IMG/VR virus record: IMGVR_UViG_3300005613_000011
Span: 32,001-96,000 of that record
DNA length: 64,000 bases
Strand: one strand, 5' to 3'
Source of the DNA: a virus
In this document: one piece after another, positions 19,567-30,300 of the stretch
Layout of the letters: every line of letters begins with the position of its first letter
Position numbering within the stretch: the stretch's first letter is position 1
Notes under the pieces: model-generated
Database searches by the model: none
Told to the model about the DNA's origin: nothing
Seen by the model: the letters and a program-made list of their open reading frames with translations, nothing else
Translations under genes and position numbers: made by a program

Positions 19567-22500
19567 GTGCCAATTAATACAAGATATTATGGTTTGACAG
19601 CATTCTCTTTGAATGATGTTTATAGTGCAAGTGCTGATCTTGTTCGTTTCAATATTATTGATAGTCAATTATCCTCTTTGTCGTCATTTGTTGGAGATGG
19701 GGTTATATATGGTTGGGATGTCAGGGATGTAAGCCCGTCAGGCAGTTTAATCATTGAAGTTACTGCTGGTATTGGCATATCTGACAGGATAGTGTACAGA
19801 ACTTTTGGAGATATACGTTATACTGTTGCTGATAATACTTCTGTCTATGTTTATATGCAGAAAAAATTCAACTATATTGGAGGGTTTAGTCCTTTCTCCA
19901 ATATAGTAACAATTCAATATGAAGACAATTTTCCTCCTCCTCCCCCTTCTTCTATTACTGTTGTGGGTTGGGATTACAATTTTGTAAGCATTAGTTGGGA
20001 TTCTATTCCTTCCGAAGAACCAGATTTCAGCCATTATGCTGTTTATAGGAGTACTGATAATTTTGCAACTGAAGCGCAAATAGATACGTCAACAACTAAC
20101 AGTTATACTGATACTACGGTTGTTGAAAATACCATTTACAGATATAGGGTTACATCTGTTGACTTGACAGGGAACGAGAGTAACCCTTCTCCGTCAACAG
20201 GGGATATCACTACTTTAACCAATATCATCCCGCCACTAGATCCGTATTATATTTTGGCATTTCCAGGCGATGAATTTCTTAACATAATGTGGAAGGCATC
20301 GGAATCTGTCAATACACAAAGATATGAACTTTGGATACAAGAGTTAGATGACGAATATAATCCGGTTGGTGGCGTATCTGTAGAATCGTTAAATCCTGAT
20401 GTTCTTAGTTTTAAAATCGAAAATTTAGTCAATGGTGTTTTCTATCGTGTAACATTGTACACTGTTAATAGCAATAATATATATTCTTCTGGTATAAATG
20501 TTATGGAATCTCCAATATCTAATTTTGGACCAGAAGAAGTTTCGTCTATCACTTTGTCTGATGAACAAAACGTTAAGAACCAGTATGGTATAAGGTTGAA
20601 TATTGGATTTGTACCGGGAGTAGATCCTTATAACGAGTTTGTGACAGAAAGATATGTTATAACAATAATCGAAAATGGAGTGATAACATCTGAGCATATT
20701 TATGTATATAATGAAACCTCGCTTTTTGTAGATTTATTTATTGTTAATGGTGGGTATCGTCCATTTTTATCATCTACAGATTATATAGTAAAAATAGAAG
20801 CTGAAGATGAAGAGGGACATCTCAGTAATCCCGTTGTAAACAGGATAGAAACTTCTGAATATATAACACCTGCCGCTCCAACCGGACTTCAATCCAGTCA
20901 AAATAGTGATGGAGATTTAATCTTCTCTTGGATTAATAGCAATAGCGATTTTGATTATAACGAAGTTTCTTTGATAAGGACAAACTTATCGAACGGACAG
21001 GATGTAACTATTGAAGATAAAACTAATTATTTGAAGCAATCTACATATAGAATAGAAAGAGCAGATTTGGCTCTAAATTCAAGGTACACAATTACATTGA
21101 GATCTATTAGCTCTACTGGTATACGCAGCGAACCTGTTAGGACTGGTTTTGATACGCTTGAATCTATAACCGGGACAGCGGACATTCCGACAGGCTTAAC
21201 AGCATTGAGAGGGAATGGATTTGTGAGGTTACAATGGGACAAAGTAACAAGTACTTTTCCTTCTCAGTATAAAATATGGAGAGCACCATATGTAACGTAT
21301 GGATTATCAGCATCTGATTTTAGTTTGGTAGCTACAATCTCTTCTGATTATACCAGTTATGATGATTACACAATTTCTACTGGTGGAAGGTATTATTATT
21401 TTGTTACAACTGTTGACGTGTATGGCAGGGAATCTTTGAATCCTATAGACGACAACTATTTCTTTTATCCACTGGCTTTTGGTTACTACCGACCTGATGA
21501 GTCGCAATCCCAGGTTTCTGATTTGCAGGCCCAGGCCGATGAACACGATGTTATTGTCTCGTGGGCTGAGACCATTGACGAATTTGACGGTTATGAGATT
21601 TGGAGGTCTGATGGGGATGACGCATCTTGGGAAAAAGTAGGAGACGTTTCAAAAGAGTTTACAGTCTTCATAGACGAAAATGCTTTATTGGTTGGTGGCC
21701 AGTATTATTATATGGTTAGAAGATTTCGTAACGAAGGACATCTATTTGTAACAAATTCTTTTGCAGAACCTGTTAATTCTGTTTTACTTGCTATAGTTAC
21801 TGCTAGAAATGGTTCTATTAGTATAAACACTTCGGTTAAAGAAAATGTTGATGTTTTTTCTACTATGCTTGAAAATTTTATTGAGAACGAAGTTACTAAT
21901 CATTCCCATGATTTGGCATCTGATCGTGATTTAAGAATAGATCTTGACAAAAACGTTACTGTTACCGATTCGGATTGGGAAACAACAGATAATATTGTTT
22001 TTACTACGACAAAAGACATCGTCGGGGCATCGGATTATGTAGTATGGCAGGCTGGGGAGATATTGTCTGTGCCATTTGAGGTAGATGCGAATGCCGGTAC
22101 AATAACATTTTCAGAAGTACTAGGTTCTTCTGCTATAACGCTTGAGTGTGTTGGGCTTGATGAGACAAATAATACATTGCCAGGAACCAAGGTTGGTTAT
22201 CCTAGTGCGACGAAAGCATATTCAGGTCGTTTCCCGAAAGAACAATTGCCAGCGATAGATCACGACGGGAGAAAAGAACAAGAATTGTTACCGTTGCAAC
22301 TTCCAATGGTTACTAGTGATGGATACGGTTTCGGAATAGAAGAAAATCAAATATATGCAACAAGAACAGCGAATCTTATTGCAGCAGATATTGGGGAAGA
22401 ACAGGAGATATCTGGAGAAAGTATTGGAAGCTCAATTACATTTTATGATATTGTCGATTTGTCTGAAAATATTAGTAGTGGTTTAAAGAATTGGTTCCCT

Positions 22501-25284
22501 GTTTTTTGGGTTCCTAAAAAATGGGTTCCTCAACGTTGGTTCCCAGGTTCTGAAGAAGAGATTGTTTTTAGACTTAATGATACATCTTCTGTAGCTGCTG
22601 CTACGAGCAGGGGTTTATTGAGGTGGGGTGGTTCTGATTGGGAGGTCGCTATGGAGACGGATAGTGCTCCTCATAGAATCTATTATGCTTCCTCAATTGA
22701 AAAGTATTTTGCTTTAACAGGAACGTCTGTTTATGTCAGCAATGACGGACTCACATGGGTGCAATGTCTGGGATTTGACGGGATCTCTGTGGTTAGAGAT
22801 ATTACAGAGGATAGCAATAATAATGTTTTTGTTACAACGGACAGGGGTGTATATAAAACTAACGAAACAGATCCATTTGCCGAGTATTTGTTTTGGGAAC
22901 AAACATCACAAGTAGATTCTCTTACTTCCAATACTTATGCGATATGGAACGATATTACTAATAGTAGAATTGTAGTATCTGCTGAAAACGGATTATTCTC
23001 AACAGTAGATGATGGGAGTACCTGGAATGCAATTGTAGAGATAGATTCTGACGAAATGGTACAGTCGTTTCTCAGGGAAGGTGATTTAGTTTATGCTTTA
23101 ACAAATAGTAGTGTTTGGAGGAAGCGTGTTACTGATGGAGAGTTTGAAGCGATAGCCTCTTTAAATTCTGTTGCTGCCAGGAAGATATTAATATTCGAAG
23201 ACAGGCTATGGATTACGACTAATGTTGGATTGTTGGTTTCTGATAGTAGCAGCAACATATATACGGACTCAATTATTAGTTTGCAAGAGAGTATTCCAGG
23301 TATTAATTTTACACATGTGCCAGTTCCTGTTACTTCTTTAAACAGGAACAGTACATCTATAATTATAGGCACTGATTCTAAAATATTTACCGGGACCGAC
23401 ACGGAGAAGGTCTCAGTCCTTTATGACGATACTTCTTCCACTATCCCGACTATATTTGTTAATTATGAGATGTATGATATTGGTTTTACTTATTATACTG
23501 TTACCAATACTGTAAGGTTTGATCATTTTATCCCTCACGATTCTGTTGTCACTGTTGCCAATCAATACCAACACTACAGGGCCAGAAACAAGGGTTGGTT
23601 GGACAAGAGATATGACGCTGATTTAACTGTTTATCGGAACGGGCTTTTGTTGGCAAATGTTTCTGGAGATGATGCTCCTGCCGTTGCTTCGCTTTTGAAT
23701 GTGGAATTTGAAGACTTTACCGAGATCGATTCTTATGTTAGTGGAGCTGAAGAACAGCAGGAACAGTTTAATACTGATGTCGATAATCTTGTTGCTGCTC
23801 AAGAGCAGGGAGTGACAGATCTACAGCCTTATATTTCTGACGCAGTTGATTCTTATAACAAGGTTTATTCCAACGTTCACGGCAGGGTCAGGTTTGTTTC
23901 TGTTGAAGAGATAGATGATGAGAGTTACGTTATTTTTGAATACCAGAAAATACCTTTCGATTTTTATCCTCAAATGTTGTCAGACTATGAAACAGTCCCT
24001 GAGATTCCCGACGTTCTCGCATCTGATGCTGATGGTGTTGTTAGTTGTAATGTGGTTAGCGGTGTTTTTAGTTTTTTGAGTTCTTACAATAAATATGATT
24101 TTTTGACGATTGACTTGAGAAATACAGCGTTTGGAGAGGACTTGGATAACAATCATCGAGAAATAGAAAACGGTTTGCAGTTGATCAACTCAGGCTTGTC
24201 TATGTCTATGGGCGAAGTCCAAGAGTCTAACTTGCTGAAAATGGGATTGTTTTTTGAAAGAGTGTGGACAGGAGATCAATGGGAAGTTGATGAATGTTTC
24301 TTGCCTATGCTTGCTACCTACAATCTCAGGTATAATCTAACTACGAATAATAGCTGGTACGATGTTTTGAATTCAACAGTTGATTATGCGGTACATGTTG
24401 ACTATGACGATGTTGGTTTTGATTTTGATTATCCAACAGCCGTTTATTATGAATCTAATATTGGGAAGGTTTTGGTTGGTTGCAGGACTGGTGTTATAAC
24501 AGTTGATACTACCGATTATTCGTTGGAGGTTTTGGATTTTAACGATTCCAAACAAGAATTTGTTAGAGAAATAAAAACATATGATAATATTTTGTATATT
24601 TTGACTGATGATAATTTGTATAGAAGTTCTGATCACGGTATCAATTGGTCGAGAGAGGAGTTACCTAATTTGAGTGGAAAGTTTTTACAATTTTCTAAGT
24701 TCAGGAACTTCTTTATTATTGCTACTGACAATGGTGTTTATTACAAGAGCCTGGTAGATGATTATTGGTATAGGTCTCTTGTGAATTCTGAGATAACTAA
24801 AATACACAGCGGGACGTATCTAGTCGCTATCAAGGACGGAGACAAGGTTTACTATAGTTCAAATGCTGTTGATTGGGTTTCTGGCGGTACTTTACTGGAT
24901 AATGTCAGGGTAAATGCTATAGAGTCGTATAACGGCTTGTTGCTGCTTGCTACAGATCAAGGATTGAGGTATGATAATTCTACGTTTTATAGTGATGCTG
25001 CCGCTACTTCTTTAATTGATGTAGCTGTCGATTTTGATATATCGGTCGCTCTGGAGTTCAACGATGTGGCTGTAAAGTCTATTGATGGCGATCACGTTGG
25101 TGGAACTAGCGACGGTAATTATTATGTTTGGAACGGGTCTAGTTATAGCAGAACTGTTACGGACTTGGAATCTATACATAAGATAATTTATGTTAACGAT
25201 GAATATTGGGCGTTTGGATATGATAGTGTTTGGATATCATCTATTAGTCATTCGATAAAAATAACACTGGGAGTTCCTTTTTAA
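19567..25284 (+). CDS. Tail fibre/adhesin with multiple FN3 domains and BNR/Asp-box beta-propellers (1905 aa)
   Basis: FN3 signatures (YRYRVTSVDLTGNES, YYYFVTTVDVYGRES); Asp boxes (SNDGLTW, TVDDGSTW, SSDHGINW); GTG start. Confidence 0.75.
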   Translation: MPINTRYYGLTAFSLNDVYSASADLVRFNIIDSQLSSLSSFVGDGVIYGWDVRDVSPSGSLIIEVTAGIGISDRIVYRTFGDIRYTVADNTSVYVYMQKKFNYIGGFSPFSNIVTIQYEDNFPPPPPSSITVVGWDYNFVSISWDSIPSEEPDFSHYAVYRSTDNFATEAQIDTSTTNSYTDTTVVENTIYRYRVTSVDLTGNESNPSPSTGDITTLTNIIPPLDPYYILAFPGDEFLNIMWKASESVNTQRYELWIQELDDEYNPVGGVSVESLNPDVLSFKIENLVNGVFYRVTLYTVNSNNIYSSGINVMESPISNFGPEEVSSITLSDEQNVKNQYGIRLNIGFVPGVDPYNEFVTERYVITIIENGVITSEHIYVYNETSLFVDLFIVNGGYRPFLSSTDYIVKIEAEDEEGHLSNPVVNRIETSEYITPAAPTGLQSSQNSDGDLIFSWINSNSDFDYNEVSLIRTNLSNGQDVTIEDKTNYLKQSTYRIERADLALNSRYTITLRSISSTGIRSEPVRTGFDTLESITGTADIPTGLTALRGNGFVRLQWDKVTSTFPSQYKIWRAPYVTYGLSASDFSLVATISSDYTSYDDYTISTGGRYYYFVTTVDVYGRESLNPIDDNYFFYPLAFGYYRPDESQSQVSDLQAQADEHDVIVSWAETIDEFDGYEIWRSDGDDASWEKVGDVSKEFTVFIDENALLVGGQYYYMVRRFRNEGHLFVTNSFAEPVNSVLLAIVTARNGSISINTSVKENVDVFSTMLENFIENEVTNHSHDLASDRDLRIDLDKNVTVTDSDWETTDNIVFTTTKDIVGASDYVVWQAGEILSVPFEVDANAGTITFSEVLGSSAITLECVGLDETNNTLPGTKVGYPSATKAYSGRFPKEQLPAIDHDGRKEQELLPLQLPMVTSDGYGFGIEENQIYATRTANLIAADIGEEQEISGESIGSSITFYDIVDLSENISSGLKNWFPVFWVPKKWVPQRWFPGSEEEIVFRLNDTSSVAAATSRGLLRWGGSDWEVAMETDSAPHRIYYASSIEKYFALTGTSVYVSNDGLTWVQCLGFDGISVVRDITEDSNNNVFVTTDRGVYKTNETDPFAEYLFWEQTSQVDSLTSNTYAIWNDITNSRIVVSAENGLFSTVDDGSTWNAIVEIDSDEMVQSFLREGDLVYALTNSSVWRKRVTDGEFEAIASLNSVAARKILIFEDRLWITTNVGLLVSDSSSNIYTDSIISLQESIPGINFTHVPVPVTSLNRNSTSIIIGTDSKIFTGTDTEKVSVLYDDTSSTIPTIFVNYEMYDIGFTYYTVTNTVRFDHFIPHDSVVTVANQYQHYRARNKGWLDKRYDADLTVYRNGLLLANVSGDDAPAVASLLNVEFEDFTEIDSYVSGAEEQQEQFNTDVDNLVAAQEQGVTDLQPYISDAVDSYNKVYSNVHGRVRFVSVEEIDDESYVIFEYQKIPFDFYPQMLSDYETVPEIPDVLASDADGVVSCNVVSGVFSFLSSYNKYDFLTIDLRNTAFGEDLDNNHREIENGLQLINSGLSMSMGEVQESNLLKMGLFFERVWTGDQWEVDECFLPMLATYNLRYNLTTNNSWYDVLNSTVDYAVHVDYDDVGFDFDYPTAVYYESNIGKVLVGCRTGVITVDTTDYSLEVLDFNDSKQEFVREIKTYDNILYILTDDNLYRSSDHGINWSREELPNLSGKFLQFSKFRNFFIIATDNGVYYKSLVDDYWYRSLVNSEITKIHSGTYLVAIKDGDKVYYSSNAVDWVSGGTLLDNVRVNAIESYNGLLLLATDQGLRYDNSTFYSDAAATSLIDVAVDFDISVALEFNDVAVKSIDGDHVGGTSDGNYYVWNGSSYSRTVTDLESIHKIIYVNDEYWAFGYDSVWISSISHSIKITLGVPF

Positions 25285-25298
25285 GGATAAGAATATAA

Positions 25299-26291
25299 AT
25301 GGCAAGTATGTTAGTGGATGGCAAATTGTCTACTGGTACAAATTCAGGTTTAGTCAATGATGGTTGGGCTAATGCAAAACAGGGTGCAGCTGGTCTACAA
25401 ACGGCAATAAACCAGGCAGATGCTGGAGACACGTTGTATCTTGTTAGAACTTTTGCTCTTACTGCTGCAATAGATATAGATATTAATCAGGGCGACGACG
25501 GTTCGCCTATTAGAGTTATTGGATACAATTATAATGAAGGTTCTCCTGTTTTAGATGGTTCAAGAGCGGTAGTTGATGCTAAAGGAACTGTTGCTAATTG
25601 TATTGTTGTTGATGGAAACAATCATTGGATTTGGGAAAATATAGAATTTAAAAATGCTACAGGTTCTAACCTTATAAACAATGCCGTGGATAATTATGCC
25701 AGAGATTGGTTTTTTATAAATTGTATTTCTCATGGTTCAGTATCTGGCGATGGTTGGGGGCCAGGGGATAGTGATTTTTATGATTGCAGATTTTTCTTTT
25801 GTAAAGCTTACGACAACGGAAATGATGGCATAAATATATATAGAGGTACTATTTTTGGTTGTACTATTAATGATAATGGCAGATATGGGATTTATGGGAG
25901 AAAAACAGATACTACAAATTCAGTTATATATAATAATACGAGTTATGGTATATTTTCTGATCTTGGGAATAATGCTGCTTCTATAGATAATTGTGTTTTA
26001 AATAATAATGGTAATGCTGCTATTTATACGGAGGACATAGCATATGTTATTGGATGTAGGATAACGAATCATGCTGTTGGAATTTTAGGAGATGGAGGAT
26101 CTACTGTTTTTAATTTTTGGAACTTTTTTAAAGATAATACGGTTAATAGTAGTAATATTACTGATATCTATACTTTTCGTGGAGAAGATACAAGAATAAC
26201 TAATGGTGTTACTGGTTATACCAATGTTAATAACGATAATTTTAATTTAATGCCTGATGCTGCTGGAAGGCGTAAAGAAATAGAGATTTAA
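25299..26291 (+). CDS. Right-handed parallel beta-helix (pectin lyase-like) protein, possible tailspike/depolymerase
   Basis: LQTAINQADAGDTLYL cap followed by repeated DNGNDGI/DNGRYGI/NNTSYGI coils. Confidence 0.75.
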   Translation: MASMLVDGKLSTGTNSGLVNDGWANAKQGAAGLQTAINQADAGDTLYLVRTFALTAAIDIDINQGDDGSPIRVIGYNYNEGSPVLDGSRAVVDAKGTVANCIVVDGNNHWIWENIEFKNATGSNLINNAVDNYARDWFFINCISHGSVSGDGWGPGDSDFYDCRFFFCKAYDNGNDGINIYRGTIFGCTINDNGRYGIYGRKTDTTNSVIYNNTSYGIFSDLGNNAASIDNCVLNNNGNAAIYTEDIAYVIGCRITNHAVGILGDGGSTVFNFWNFFKDNTVNSSNITDIYTFRGEDTRITNGVTGYTNVNNDNFNLMPDAAGRRKEIEI

Positions 26292-27253
26292 TGTCTACTT
26301 ATATATATATGACATCTGGTGTACCATGTGGAGATGTTCTTCTAGAGCCTTCTTCTACTCCTGTCGTATATATCACTTCTGGGCTAATCGGTCCTGATGC
26401 TCTTCCCCTTCCGGAACTAACTAGTGTTAAATTAGCACAAGTTTTTGGGGTATATGATCAGTTTGTACCAACTAAAGCATCTGTTTATCTTAAGCAAAAA
26501 GTGTCTGAAAGTATTCCATATATTCTTATAGATGGAGATGTGGCTGTCGATGCTCTCAACTTTTCTAATTTATTGCAAGGGACAAATAAATTATTGCCAT
26601 CTACAACTTTTGCCGATTATTCTGGTCATGGCCATTTGTGTGTAGATGAGTTTGATTCTAGTGGCTCTTATGGAGTTGTTGAGTACCCTATCAAATCTGG
26701 ATCTCCTGGTAATTATAATATCATGTTTCGTTGTAGGAAGGCAGGCAACCCGTTTATAATGAGAGTATATTTTGACGGAGTATTAATCAATACTATTAAT
26801 GAAAATTTAGCCGTTACTGGAGCTTGGAATTGGCTTTTCATAACTGTTAACATACCGGACACACAGATTCATACGCTGGGATTATCTTTAAGACAAGGAA
26901 ATGCTGCTCTTGATAAAATAGTTATAGCTAACGAATGGCTTACACTTGCTACGGTTAATAATTATACCGATTCATATATTACTATACACACAAATCTTTA
27001 TACTGTTGATGCAAACGATAGACCAGAATCAGAAATGTATATTTATGATTTTAAAACTACAATAGGTGAAGTTCAAACTGATGATTGGTACAGTTTTGAT
27101 CTCAGTTTTTTAGATGACTCAAGAGCAGTTAATTTCGAAGATAAGCATGCTCTTGTTTTATATTCGGTTGGTTCAAATCAAAACAAATATGTGATTTGGG
27201 AAATTTCTGATTCTGATGAATACATAGATGGTCCATCTGCCATAAAAGCCTAA
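26291..27253 (+). CDS. Virion protein with a galactose-binding-like (CBM) jelly-roll domain
   Basis: DYSGHG...GNYNIMFR...GAWNW...HTLGLSLRQGNAALDKIVI pattern. Confidence 0.55.
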   Translation: MSTYIYMTSGVPCGDVLLEPSSTPVVYITSGLIGPDALPLPELTSVKLAQVFGVYDQFVPTKASVYLKQKVSESIPYILIDGDVAVDALNFSNLLQGTNKLLPSTTFADYSGHGHLCVDEFDSSGSYGVVEYPIKSGSPGNYNIMFRCRKAGNPFIMRVYFDGVLINTINENLAVTGAWNWLFITVNIPDTQIHTLGLSLRQGNAALDKIVIANEWLTLATVNNYTDSYITIHTNLYTVDANDRPESEMYIYDFKTTIGEVQTDDWYSFDLSFLDDSRAVNFEDKHALVLYSVGSNQNKYVIWEISDSDEYIDGPSAIKA

Positions 27254-27285
27254 AGGACTAGATGTAATAAAATCGAAAATATATA
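27252..27285 (+). promoter_or_regulatory. Putative phage promoter AAAGGA-N16-CGAAAATATATA
   Basis: Recurring intergenic motif. Confidence 0.5.
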
Positions 27286-27324
27286 CGGTATAACTGTTTT
27301 TTTGAAAAATAGGTAAGTCTATAT

Positions 27325-30300
27325 ATGAGTGTTTGTTCATTTAATCCTAGTAATCAGTGGAGTTTGATAAATTATTATTGTCTCTATTATAACATAGGGG
27401 ACAATTGGGCCAGCGGGACGTGGTATATCAACAACGACAAGAAGCATGCTATCAAGATTTTTGGATCTAATGAAAACGGGGGTTTCGGGGACAACAGTAT
27501 TACAGTTTCCCCTCCTTCTCAAGAGTCTTTTATAAGTAGCTATTTTGATAGTAATAATCTTGTATTGAATGGTACAAGATTGCAGGATGATGCATATGGT
27601 TTTAATGATATAGGTCTTGATTTCAATAACAACATAATAACTTTTCTGTTTGATGAAAGTGGGAGCATGCTGTGGAACGATAATGGTGGTTTCAGGTACG
27701 ATCTTGCAAAAAGGTATATTAATCGGGTTGCTGGTGCTTATCCGGCAGAAGTGTTATACAAGATATTTAAGTTTGGAGGACAAAAAGTAAAACTTACCAT
27801 TGGGGCCGATTTAGAGTCATCTAATCAATTGAGTCAATTAAGGACGGAGTTTTTCCAGCAATATTTGTTTGGCGATTCTATAATAAACTTTACTGGCATA
27901 AGAGTTGTAAGAAGAGAAGACGGTTTTCCGTCTAACCCTATTGATGGAGATATAATATTTGACGGCATTTCTAATGGAGTGCAAGATTTAAACGTTTCTG
28001 CCGATTCAACATATTATTATACCGTTTATACTTTCAATAGTAACTATCAGTTTAGTGATGGTGTCAGAATACAAGTGACTTCTCGTGATGGAGATTCTCC
28101 AAGAGGTGTAAAAACCTTTGACTATGAAGTTCTTTCTGGTTCCGGTGTGCCTTTTGATGAGAATATTGTAGGGGTTTGGCATTTTGACGAAGCAGATGGT
28201 CAGGTTGTATATGATTTTGCCACTAATGTCGATTTGTCTGTATCTGAGACTAATGCGATTTGGTTGACCGAGGAAGATGTTCCTGTTGGACAGTCTGGTT
28301 TAAGGTTTAATGGAGAGACAACTTCAGTTTCAACTCAATCTGTCGTTTCTAATTTTGAACTCAGACAAAGTAGTTATATGACACTTAGCGCTTGGATCAA
28401 GCCTTATAATTTTTCTTCGAATAGAGCAATTATTTCCAGGCAGGATGGAACTAATCTAAACTATTTTCTGTATACTAACACATCAGGAGGGTTGACGTTC
28501 GAGACCGCGTTTACGAACGCCTCATCAACGAATGGAATTTTGACGGAAGAACAGTGGAATAAAGTAGACGTTGTTATAGACATGTTTACTGGTATTGTTT
28601 CTTTTTATGTGAACGGGTCTCCTGCTGGATCTCCAGTCCTGTCTAATTTAAACCTGACTTTTGGAAATATGTATTTTGATGTTGGATATAACAGGGGAGC
28701 AATTTCTGGAATTGAGAGATTTTTTGGGGAAATTTGCGAAATCTCGGTACACGATGTAGCAAGAGGTTTTAACTATATCACTGAGCACCATAATATTTTG
28801 AGAAACGATAATGGCGATAGACTCGTTATTCTTAAATATGCCATACCTGAAGTTTATAATTTTAATGGTAATGATGTTGTTATTATAGCGAACGAGATGA
28901 GAGTTCCTTCTTATGTCGGAGACGGTCTAGAGATACATTCTAATACTATAACTTCGTCAGGGGATTTTTATACTACGTTTAGGGATGAGTTTCTACTAGG
29001 TTCGAACTACTATTTTAGAATATTCTCCAAAAATCAAAACCGTCACTACTGTCATATTGATGATGCTATGTCATTATCTGTACTTGTCCCAAACATTGAT
29101 ACAGAAAACAGAGAGATAGTTCCTTCTCTTTCGTCTCTACTTGCCCCGCCTTACAATATCGAGGCTATAGCTGGTGACAGGAAAGTATACATAAGGTGGG
29201 ATTTGGATCCGTCTGATGAGAGGTTAAAAAGAGTGAGGCTGTACAGGTCTGATAGTGCTTTCCCGATATTAGACGAGGAAGGTAATAGTGATAGTATCTT
29301 GATTTTCGATGGTGACACATATGAAACTGGTTATGTTGACGTTCTACTGTCTAATAATGTTCGTTATTATTACACTTTGTGTTCTATTGACAAATATGGG
29401 AGACCGTCTGAGGAGAGTACTGTTGATGTTGTCCCGTCTAGTGGACTTGATGAATCACGAATACCTTTAAGAGATGTGAAAAATGTTCGTTATGAAATTG
29501 TAGATGGAAATCATCTTAATTTGATGTGGGATGAATTTGTGTTAGAAAGAGACATTAGCACATTTTTTAGCGAAAATATAGTTTTCTATATGAAGCTAAC
29601 AGACCAAAGCGGCAATAAGTTAACTAAAGATTATACTATTTCTTGTGATATCATAGATGCGTCTTATACGTATCCAGACGATGTTGCAGAAGATATTTTT
29701 ATCAACGACACAAATATTCCAACTCCTGATATAAACGATTTGTATAGTTTAACTGTTACGTCCGTTGACAAGGGTTTATCAAAAGGGCTGGTCGAACTGA
29801 CAAAAGATAATAGTTTGTTGACTAATATAAAATCTGTCTTGTTAGTTTTAAGATTTAATGTTACTTTTAGTAGCGTTGGTGATAGTGAGTTTGTATACAG
29901 GTCGAGACCGATAGTTGTAGAGTGGAAAAATAACTTATCTGTTGATATCACTAATAAAGATAGTAAATATGTAGAAATCACCAGTAAGCATAAAATCAAT
30001 GCTTTAGATGATCAAGTCCCGTCTTCTGTTGTAAAATATAACGGTATTTATGCCACATCTTCTAATAATTATGTTTGTAGAGTTTATTTATATAATGCTG
30101 GTCAACAGGCTTCAATTGTGAGTTCTACTGTTGATGTTGCTGTATATGATGCAACGATAGATTTTGATGATATAGTCCCGACTCCAGTTAGAGGAAATAT
30201 TAGTTCGACAGTTCGTGTTCTTAATTCTTTGAGTATTGTGTCTGGGACGAGAGAAGTTAGAAATGTTTATGGAGAATTTACGGGGGAGACTGAAAATGTC

